Shown here piece by piece: positions 35,708 through 45,925 of a DNA stretch of 64,000 nt (position 1 is its first letter; each line of letters opens with the position of its first letter). The notes below the pieces were generated by a model, which did no database searches, had not been told where the DNA came from, and saw only the letters and a list, made by a program, of their open reading frames with translations. The stretch covers positions 16,751,208-16,815,207 of the forward strand of contig OU015568.1 of NCBI GenBank assembly GCA_907165135.1. Direction: 5' to 3'. The position numbers and the translations under genes are program-made. The DNA comes from Oikopleura dioica (Eukaryota; Animalia; Chordata).

Positions 35708-37860
35708 TTACAGTAAAGTAATGTTGTATCTTACATAACCACTACTATACTTGTATGTGATTTTCTGCTTCTGACCATCCGGCTCGCTTGTGATCTCTCC
35801 TCTGCTCAATACGCCTCCATTCAGACCAGCAATCTCTTGCACCACCGCCTTGAATCGCACTCCGCCGTCTAAAATTAAATTTTAAAAGTTGAAATTTTAA
35901 TTTTCAACCTTTTCTCCAGATCCATAGATGATGCCAACCATTTTCTCCTAATCTATTACCACCTCTGAATATGAGATTCCATCCATTCTCCGCGACCTCA
36001 AATTTCTGATAACTCCTAAACTTCGCGAAGAGTTTTTCGAAATTCTCTTTTCGCTTAAAAATTAAAAACTCCCGTTCCTTCAGGTTTATCTGAGTTTCGC
36101 CGAATGAAAGCAGCTTCAGGATGTTGCGCACTTCTTCTTCTTCCATCCCATTTCTTACTCCACCATAACCATGAGATTTTTGTCTATCATCTTGAAAGTA
36201 ATGCCCCGCGCCGCCAACCGCTCCCAATTCTCTTCTCAACTTCTCCAACTCATTTCTCCTCTCCTCATCGACTCTTCTTTCCACTCTTTGAACTGGCTGA
36301 ACAATTGGCGCCGCAACTCTTCTCAAATCAAATTCTTCTCGTTGTTGCCCTTCATTTAAAGCCACTTGTCGTTGATTTTTGAACTGATCGAGTTTTCTCT
36401 TCAAATCCGCGATTTGTTTCTTCTGATTTCGATTTTCAATTTTCAAATTTTCTTCAATTTGATTTTTTCGCTCGTTTTCTGCCAAAATGTTTTTCAAGTC
36501 TTCTTCTTGCGCGGCCACTTTTTGCTTCAAGTTTGCGTTTTCAGCGAGTATTTCCTAAAAACATGGTCATAAAAATGACTCTAGAATTTACAGTTGTAGT
36601 TTTTACCCTGTTTTGTCCCTCAAGCTCTCGAATTCGCCTCTTTTCACTGTCGGTTCTTCCTAATTTCGCTTCCAACTCCAAAATCCTCCTCTTCTGCCCT
36701 CCAATCAAATCCTCCTGCTGCGCATTGGTTTCCCTGAGTCTCCTTATGATTTCTTCTGGAGGAGCAATGATTTCATTTGGAGCTTCGCCGCTTTCGATTC
36801 GCTCCAAAAACTCGCAAAAGATCGCTTCGCCGCGCAGTTGAAGCGCGTTTTCGGGGCGAAGCGGTTTTTGAGGATTCAGGCATTTTTGGAGAAGAATTTC
36901 GAAGTCGATGAATTCTTCGTTTTCGCCGCGGATTTGAGACAGTTTTGTACGCTTGTTCTCGCGTATATTATTGACTACCGCGTGATTGAATGATGGAATG
37001 ACTCAAACTTATGTTCTTACCGATTAAAAGTTGATTTCTTGTTGGACTTCCATCAACTCGGCAAAAAGCGTGCTCAAAAGTCAAAAGTTCTTGAATAATA
37101 TGGCCGAATCCCCAAGCATCTAGCCGAGCAGACTTTCGAAGTGGTTCGGTAAACGACTCTTTGATCGAATTCAACATCAATAATTCCGTCTCGTAAATTT
37201 AGATTTTGTAGAATTCGTTCCTGGAGGCGTGTAAATTAGAGTATTCTTGACTCCATCGGTACTTGTTCCTTGAATTGTCGCCTCGATCGATCTCAGTTGC
37301 ATGACGCTCCCGAAATCGCCGACCCGGATCTATTTTTTCAGTCAGTGAAGTTCAGTCAACCAAGTACTTACAGTAATGCCATCTCCCTTTATGAACACAT
37401 TTTGCGGTTTGACATCCAAATGCGCAATATCCCTGGAGTGGCAATAAGCAAGCGCGGAAATGATCTGGGCGCCGATTAAACCCACTTCTTCAGAGCTTGT
37501 CCATCGCCCTTGCTGTTTTCTTCGCCCGATCCAGTCGCTCAAGCTTCCGAGCTCGCAGAACTCCATGACTAGAAACGAAATCGAAGTGAGCTTGAACCAG
37601 TCGGGTCTTTCCATCGGCAAGAAATCGACGAATTGGACGATGAACTGGTTTCCGCCGCTCAGAATTTCCAAATTTCTCGCTTCTTCTTCAGTGGACTCGA
37701 TCTGGCTTTGATCAATCATTTTGATCCACTTCAAGGCGACGATTTGGCCGGTTTCGTTGTCTCTTCCTCTGGTGACTCCTCGTCCGCCGAGGAATTGGGA
37801 CTCGAGGATTCCGGAGAATCGCCCGTTTTTCTTTCAAGAGTTTTGAAAAGATATTCATAA
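35708..37860 (-). CDS. Kinase family copy 4 (appears the most intact)
   Basis: VALK, HLDVKPQN, GDFG, TPPE and DAWGFG motifs, a coiled coil, and an in-frame C-terminal domain ending YNITLL*. The first exon is uncertain. Confidence 0.8.
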
Positions 37861-38583
37861 TGAAATGAGATCTAATAAAAAATAGTGTTTATTGAAACTC
37901 TAACAATGATCGCGCCATTTTCAAAAAATGAAAAATACGAGAAGCTATCTTTTTTTCTCTCAGAGCAAGACTGTTTGAGAAAAGAGGGCGAGATTTGGAA
38001 TTTTTTGCGTTTCTGAGTTTGCAGTTAATATTTAAACTTGCCTGCGTTATTTGAAGAGGAAGCGATAGAACGCGGAAAAGCTGCGAATTCTGAGTTTCCA
38101 AAAACTGAGACAAAACAACAAATTTCATTATAGTCAGAATTAAAATTTGAAATTCAAGAACCCCGACGAAACAATGCATTTCAAAAAAAGTACAGCAGGA
38201 ATTTTCAAAAATAAACATTTTTAATCTAAGTCGATGAAACAATGCAGAAAACAGATTTTGCAATGGCTACTTCTTTCGCTTGATAATCCCCTTTTTCGTC
38301 TTCTTCTGCAAATCGGCATTAGCTGACGAGTGCAATTTCGCGTTTCTCTCGTTCCGTAGCCGCTCGCCTTCCAATTCGCGCCGTGTTTTTCCTTTTCTTG
38401 CATATGTGGCAAGACAGGGTCCGCTGGGAATCGTGTTTCTTGGGGACGCAATGGACTTGACGGCTACTGGAGCTAATGATTTATTAATCGACAGAATCTT
38501 CTATGATTTATTAGCCGCGCTGACAAATTATGGCGCAGTTTCATTCGATTGATTGAAAATTGATAATCAATTATAATATAGGG

Positions 38584-38690
38584 CCTATATTTTTTAAGTG
38601 TTGAAAATGACGACGTGATATCGTAAAGATGTCGCAAAGATGAGTGATTTGCGATGTCACGTCGTCATTTTCAACACTTAAAAATATAGG
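38584..38690. repeat. ~107 bp near-perfect foldback (MITE-like)
   Basis: cctatattttttaagtgttgaaaatgacgacgtga / tcacgtcgtcattttcaacacttaaaaatatagg. Confidence 0.9.
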
Positions 38691-38714
38691 GGTACGCTAT
38701 ATCAAAAGTAAGGG

Positions 38715-38936
38715 GCTTTACCCTAACCGACATATGCGGTCAATCTTCGGGGTATGTTACGTAACCGGGCTAGATGTTAGTGTTAGGGGGTTCCAAGGGC
38801 CTTAGGATTAGGAACTGTGTATTTTTCTATCAGGGGGTCCCGGGGGGCAAAGCCCCGGGTTAGGAGTAGGTTTTGGGAGAAACAGTTTTCTTTACCCCGA
38901 ATATTGACCGCATATGACCACCCTAACCCTAACCCC
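38715..38936. repeat. Inverted-repeat element with telomere-like ttaggg/ccctaa motifs
   Basis: catatgcggtcaatcttcgggg mirrored by ccccgaatattgaccgcatatg; central ggggggcaaagcccc hairpin; ccctaaccctaacc. Confidence 0.7.
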
Positions 38937-39789
38937 AGCGAACAATACGGTGCATATAATGAGTGCAGTACCTGGTTTAGCTTTGAATCGATCTGGCAGT
39001 GAATTCTCTTGCTTGTACATTCTTTCAGCCAGTGGAACATAAACTGGTGTTTCTGGCCGCGCTAGAATTTTCTCAAATTATACTTTGATCAATAAAATTT
39101 CCAGTACGTTTTTTACTAAATCTTCCTGACCAGTGAAACTGTTTCACTTTCGTCTTTTTCTTCGCCTGTTTCACTTCACTTGCGATAGAGTCCGTCATTT
39201 TCTTGGAAAAAAAGTGTACTTTTTACAAGATCTAATTTATCACTAGATTCGAATATACTCGCTTAGAGAATGCTTTATACTGTTTCAGGTTGCGACATCT
39301 GTCGGCCGCTTCAAATCATCCAAAAATTATCGATCTATAAATGCAAAAACTCTTTTTAGATTCAGGGCGAATATTCAAATAATTTTAATCTTGTAGCATC
39401 GAACAGACCAGGTTCCATATATTTTTACGCTTGAGTAATAAATTCATTAAAAAGCAGAAAAAAATGATAAATTATTTTGGCTAATGAATATATTTGGAAA
39501 AAATAAAAGGCAAATTTCGCTGTGAATAGTTACAATTCTAAACCTAAGGATTCTGCTTCATTTTTTGAATAAAAGGTCAACCAAGCTTTCATATTTATAA
39601 TCATTTCTACAGAAGGCGCAACGCGTTGGTTTGTTCCAAGAGGCAGATAAGGGACCTACCTTATCTAACGTAATATCTCAAGCGCAGACTCTAAAAAATT
39701 TCCTCATGTCTGAACGGTAGTATATTAAGTGCTCATTTGTCCTGGAGAAATTTAATGATAGAACAAATGTTTCTGATTTTTCGGTAAGC

Positions 39790-39960
39790 TAACTTCCGGT
39801 TAGTGTTAGGGCTCGTAACTAAGAGGGGTTCTAAGGGGGTAAAGCCCCTTAGCCTAGGCCCTAGGGTAGGCGTTAGGGTTAGCAACTAAGTAATTTTACT
39901 TAAGAGGGATCACGGTTACGTTTTTCGGAGAAACTAAAAGTCTCTTCCGTCTGTACCGAA
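39790..39960. repeat. Related ttaggg / gggg..aagcccc element
   Basis: ggttagtgttaggg...gggggtaaagcccc...ttagggttag; ends with ctgtaccga, as the 44542-44753 element does. Confidence 0.55.
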
Positions 39961-40799
39961 ATATTTATCCCTACAACCGATAAAAAGTCAACTAGACTGC
40001 AGTTTTTTTACAGAAAAAAAAGAACAAAGAGTATCAGGATTACTGATAGAATTATTTCAGCACTCGATTGAGCATTCATTTGCGCCAAATTCCTCTGGTA
40101 CTGTTGATTTATCGAATTCCGTGCCACTCTGCGGGAATCGTATCCTCTCTTTATCCCCCTTTTCGACTTTTCTCCGGAGCTAAACTTGAGTCAAATAATT
40201 TGCACAAAATTTTCAATACAAACCTGGGATCATCTTCTCCCAGAGTAGTGGTAGAATTTGCTGCAACAGAAGTTGAGTTAGTTCCGCTCTCTTGGAGACG
40301 TTAGAAAACAACCAAGGCGAAAAGAAAATTTGACAATTTCATATCCGTTTTTGAATTTTTATCTCTGAAGGGGTGATCAGAGACAAAAATCGGGCTGATT
40401 TTTCGGTTGGGATGATAAACCCTGAGCGTAACTTTCCACTTGTAATGAGAAACCTTACTATCTACAGATGAATCGACGGAAAATTTTTCTTTTTTTTTCG
40501 TCGAAAATGGGAGAAGGATCGTTTTACCCACTGATCATTGGTAAGAGTCCGTTGTTCTTTTCTTTTTTTCTTCCTTGTCAAAATTAGAAATATTAACACA
40601 AGTCTTAATTTAGTTGGAAGAAATCTCAATAGGCAAACGTAAAGAAGGGTAGTCAATTTCATTCAAGTTTCCTGTTTTATTTTATCAGACATGAATGATC
40701 AGCCTGAACAGTGCTCGAAGCGACAAGGAGCACTACGATGGAACATTCCAACTTGGCCTGTTTTTTTCCTAGTGAATGTAACGTTTATATGTTCATGTA

Positions 40800-41043
40800 T
40801 AGGCTCGGCACCTAAGTGGGGCTCTGGAAAGTTATTAATGAAAAGCCGCTTAGCCATAGGCTATGGCCCATAGCGGCTATTTAAAACGAAGCTGCAAAGC
40901 GGTTTCGCAAATTAACTTTTCAATATATTTGTGATTTCTGGCAAAGCCGCTTCGCGACTTAGTTTTCAAAAAAGCCGCTACGCGGCTTTTCATTAAAGCC
41001 CTTTCAGACCCTGACGCAGGTTCTCTGTACAGGTTGCCCAGGT
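40800..41043. mobile_element. cctgagtcagg-family MITE (long internal variant)
   Basis: aggctcggca start, aaaagccgc/gcggctttt internal palindromes, ccctgacgcaggttctctgtacaggttgcc end. Confidence 0.75.
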
Positions 41044-41476
41044 TCATGCGGATTCTGGTCATTTTCTATTTGATTGTTAAAGTTTTGTCGACAAGGAAAA
41101 ATTATCGATTCGATATATTTGAGCATTGGGATTAAAAACTTGCCAAATCAATTTGTAACATTTTAAAATAATTAAATTTGCACTTGGCAAGGCGAATAAG
41201 TTTGCATCGATTCAGCAGCCTTCGTGAGCACGGATAAGCTGACAGATCAATTAAGGCACAGACGGAGCTTGAATCGCTGCAAGCAATGTGCCTAAATATG
41301 GATTTTCGAAATTCACCCTCGGTTTCATCAAGACTCCAGGCGCTGTTTTATTAATAATTGGATGCAGATAAAAGGATGCAAAAGGTTCATTTTTCTTCAA
41401 ACTGGTCAGGTCGCTATCGCAGTGTTGTTTCTGAAACCGGGCTAGGCAAGCTTGCGCCTCCTTATTTTAATTGCAT

Positions 41477-43191
41477 TGTTGTGGTTCACGAAAAAGCCGA
41501 TCCTGATTCTATCTTGTTTTCATGTTTTTCTCGCGCAACGTATTTATGCGGAGCGCGCTGCCACTTTTACACACTTCGTTCTCGCTCGCTCTACTGAGCA
41601 CTACAAAATATACCAGTTTTTATCTACGCTAGAACCGTGTTCAAGTTTTAGCAGTTATTCGAGAGCCAACATAAAATGGTACCAGGACCCTGAACCCTCG
41701 CCCTCAACTTCGTCTACTTTAATTTTTTATTGTTGGAATCTCGTCTACTCTTCGCTGGTAGAGAACGAACGTCACCTGGCCATCTCTGGACATCCCCGCC
41801 GTTGTTTCCTTGCGTTCAACGCTGGCTACTACAACAACCTCTCTCTCGCTGGTCTACTTATTAGCTGGCGCATGAATCAAACCGCGAAACTCTCGCGTCA
41901 CTCTTTACTCGTGTCGAGTTTTCGGCACATAAAGAGTGCCCAACAAAGGTAGTCTAGCCTTCTGAGCCATTTACCTCGATTTTCACGTGCTCAACGCCGT
42001 CAATGTCATTTTCAACGCGTTCGACTCCTCCTCAATTCTTCTTCTCTCCGTTGACACATGGAAATCTCCCGCCAAAAGTTCACATTTCTAACGGCACTCT
42101 GCATCAAAATCGCCAACGTCGATCTCACGAGCGATCTTCTTTCAATCTTCGAGTCTTGGTCACATCGCCGCTCAAGTTCAACTCTAATCTCGCGATCTTC
42201 CCGCCACCATCAACTAAACGGTTATGACCTCCGCTCAACTCCACCGACATGATTTTGATCGCCAAAACTACAAAACAACTTCAATATGTTCACTTCTACA
42301 ACAAACTCCCATCAACTCTAACAACTTCATCCACCAATCTTCATCCTTCTTCTCTACTCAACTCTCTGCTCGTCATCAGCTCGGGGGTACGATGCATCCT
42401 TCGCTCGCTTCTCCTGTCTCTCACCTCTACTCTGCGCTCGACTCAAGACGCACAAAACTCAGCTGATCGACTTCGCAGACCTTCAACTACAACTCCGACA
42501 ACTACTCCTACAACTACAATCTCAACTTCTAAGCCCAGCTTCCGTCCTGGCACACATCTCTCCTTCAAGCCCAGCACTCGCCCTGGCAACCAACTCGACC
42601 TCAATCAACTCTCACCAAGCCCAGCTCAAGCCCTGGCACTACTACTAAAATCTACCAAGACCAGCCCTAGTCCTGGCAATCCTCACTACTCTTCAAACCC
42701 AGCTCTAGCCCTGGTACTGCTCGCTACTCTCCCTTCTACATCTACAAGCCCAGCTACTGTCCTGGCAATCCTGACTTCTCTTAATCTCGCCGCTACCTGG
42801 CTTCTCTCTACAACTCCAGATCCAGCTCTCGCCCTGGTAAATCTACATTAACAACTCATCTTTAGTTCTCTTCTTCTACAATTTCACCCTGATCGCCTAC
42901 TTCTTCCCTTCCGAATCACCGTGCTCGCGCTCAAAACCTGCGCCGCGCGTCCAGTCAACTCTACTCATCACCCTAGAATCATCATCGTCTGGGGGCTGTT
43001 GTGGTTCACGAAAAAGCCGATCCTGATTCTATCTTGTTTTCATGTTTTTCTCGCGCAACGTATTTATGCGGAGCGCGCTGCCACTTTTACACACTTCGTT
43101 CTCGCTCGCTCTACGGAGCACTACAAAATATACCAGTTTTTCCCTACGCTAGAACCTCGTTCAGTTTTTGCAGCTTATTCGAGAGCCAACA
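41477..43191 (+). mobile_element. Complete non-autonomous LTR retroelement (TRIM-like), 1715 bp
   Basis: Two 195-bp direct repeats (41477-41671, 42997-43191) bounded by TGTTG...CAACA; 4-bp TSD gcat on both sides; tggtaccagga PBS at 41677; ggggg just before the 3' LTR; no pol motifs. Confidence 0.93.
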
Positions 43192-43647
43192 GCATCAAAA
43201 GTTGATTTTTTTCGTCGCTTCAGTTTTCACTAGTCCTGTCTTTATAAAAAGCGTCCTCGCGCTGGTCGGTCAAACATGGCGAGTTGAATTTTGTCTCATC
43301 ACTTTTTTCTTCCACTGAAACTCAAATTATCATCACGATCAAAGTTCTGATCCCATAAGGCATGCGAAAAATAACCAAAGGCTTTTCCAAAGATTTTTGG
43401 CAAATATTTAATTCGATATTTACTTTTTGAACCCAAGATTGTCCATAAAGCGGGTTAAACCAATTTGTGGAAATGATTTTATGAAACAGGGTTTTGATTG
43501 GCCGGTAGGCCAAATACAGCAATCTTATTGGTTATCCGAAAATGCATTTCCATAAATTTCTTCAGTCCCATAAAGCTTTGAAAATTCCTCCCAAGATTGT
43601 CTTTTTCATAATTTTCACCTGATTTTGACCTGATTTTTCACCTCATG

Positions 43648-43805
43648 CTGCCTAGAAAACCTGAGTCAGAGTCTAAAAAATCTTTATGGAAAAGCCGCGT
43701 ATCGGCTTTTTCTTAAAAAAGCCGCAAAGCGGCTTCGCTAGAATTTGAAAAAAAGATTGTGTTTTTTTTCAGATCCTGCCTCAGGTTTTCTAAACAGGTT
43801 TTGAC
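43648..43805. mobile_element. cctgagtcagg-family MITE
   Basis: tagaaaacctgagtcagagtc...aaaagccgcgtatcggctttt...cctgcctcaggttttctaaacaggtt. Confidence 0.8.
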
Positions 43806-44075
43806 AATCTTGGGCGAATAAGACGAATTAAACTTTCAAATCTTTGGGAAAGCCAATGATTATTCAAAAAAAGGAATCGTAGACGAATATTGACAACGGG
43901 GGTTCCGATGGTGTCGACAGTCAAGCAAGCAAGTGAATGTACGCGAGTAATGATTCAGTACCTATTGTTTCGATTTGGCCCTTCTCGACATTATAATTAG
44001 GTGGCGCTTGTTCTTGAGGTTCTCCGCCTCTCTCCTTGAAAATATGAATAATTCCCATGGGCTCAGTCTTTTTGT

Positions 44076-45113
44076 CTATCTTTTTCTAGCGCCAAAAATG
44101 AAAGGAAATCTCTCAGTAAACATCGTGTAAAGATGATGAGTGGCAGAGTTAGTTGCAAAGTTTTTTTTTGAAAGATCGAAATCCCGTGTTGCTTTTATAC
44201 TTTTAGCGATAGATTTAAATTGAAATAATTTCTGGTAAAAATTGATACTGGGCACGGAAAATCGAACTTTATTAATTTTTGAATACTCACCTGTTTGAAC
44301 TTCTTTTTCAAGTCCTCCATCTGAGTGCCGGAAGTGTAGCCGGCCAGGATGTAGAAGCCGAATGTCAGGAGGAAGAAGGTTAGGAGAGAGGGTAACATCA
44401 CCCACAAGAAGGTGTTCATGTAGTCGAATTCTTTACGCGGATTCAATAATTTAGATAAAATCTAAAATTTTGGGCTCGGCAACCTCTGAATAAAACCTGA
44501 GTCAGGCAAGCGGCCTCACAAAATGATCATTCGAAAGTGGTAATTAGAATTGGTACAGCAACAATTCTTCTATAATATAGCTAGAATTGGTATGATACCA
44601 AAGCTTTTCTCGGTTAGAGATTATGGTTAGGGGGCTGATAGTGCCTACTTGGGGTCCCTGAGGTGCAGCCCCCTGGGTAAGACATGAGGGTTAGGGCTAT
44701 CATACCAATTCTAGCCAAAGTATAGAAGAATTTGTCCTGTACCGATTCTAATTTCATACCTATTTACCCTGAGTCAGAATTTTTTACAGAGTTTAACGAG
44801 CTCAGACTTCGAAAATTATGAATTTTTCGGTTTTAGAAGTATTTGAATCGCTCCTGGTTTTTCGGGTACCGGGTCTACCACCGGACTTGTGGCGTCCGAA
44901 ATTGACATGTTGAAAATAATCACGCTGTCTTTCGCGCAAGAGCAACTGAAGATAGAGGAAAACCAGGAAGAAAATGGTTTTCTCATACCTGCAGGCTAAG
45001 TCTGTTAGATTGACATTATACCGCTCTTGGACATTTTCGAAAGTAGGGGCGGTTGCCGTTGTTGTCGTCACAACTGTGGTATCAACAACTGTAGCTGAAA
45101 GATTTGTCGCCAT
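44076..45113 (-). CDS. Small single-pass membrane protein with a Thr-rich N-terminus, about 4 exons
   Basis: MATNLSATVVDTTVVTTTT..., hydrophobic FLWVMLPSLLTFFLLTFGFYILAGY, basic cytosolic tail; GT-AG junctions join in frame. Confidence 0.6.
44470..44805. mobile_element. cctgagtcagg-family MITE carrying a nested second MITE (44542-44753)
   Basis: Outer ends tgggctcggcaacc...aaaacctgagtcagg and ccctgagtcag...gagctcag. Inner TIRs aattagaattggtacag...aattcttctata / tatagaagaattt...ctgtaccgattctaatt. Confidence 0.8.
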
Positions 45114-45925
45114 CTTCTTCTATTTTTCTCTGTGTTTCTCTCTGTCTGCTTGTATCCCAGGGTTTAGAAAACTGTCGACTCTGAAAAAGAACTCGTCTTG
45201 ACACTGTGATGCATTTTACATGCGATTTTAATATCTGAGTGATCGATATTCAAATCGCCTCACTCCCTAACAACTTGCTTTTACAGCTTTTCCATTTTTT
45301 GATTAACTTGTTGGGGATTGAGCGCTTCATTAGGGGGCGCATGCTTGAGGCTACTAAAATGTCTAGTTTCGACAAATGACAGTCAAAAGATGTCAATTTT
45401 AGTCATTTTTAAGATCAGCTGAAAATTTCAGACCTTTTTATTTATCGAAAACTTCGCCGTAATCTCTGCTTCTATTCCTGAAAAAGAATTTTGGTATGCT
45501 TGCCAAATGATTTTTGCTCACTTTTTGAGCACATGGGAATGACCCGTCTTCAGAGAGAGAGAGAGCCTCTGTTTTCGCTGCATAAGTTATTCATAGCACT
45601 CCGCAAAGCTGCAATAGAATTTGCAGATCGATAGTGTCAACACCCAACGCCGCTCTGGACAAGGCTCTCTGCCACTTCCTGTCAAATTTATATCATTCTG
45701 ATTCCTATCTTCGGGCATTTTTTTGTTATTTAATGATTGTTCGAAAGAGAAAAGTAGAATCTCAATAAAAAATTCAAATTTGATGATCACAAAGATGATC
45801 AATTTACCAATGTTATATCGTAGATATCCTAACCGGGGTAACAGTGAAGGGAGAAATGAATCATCGGCTCAAACTTTGAGCCTCTAAGAGAAATTAGCAG
45901 AATGAATACATGTAACATGTAACAA

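Noticed and set aside
38221-38552. Coding-like fragment on the minus strand
   Set aside because: I could not build a start, splice pattern or homology.
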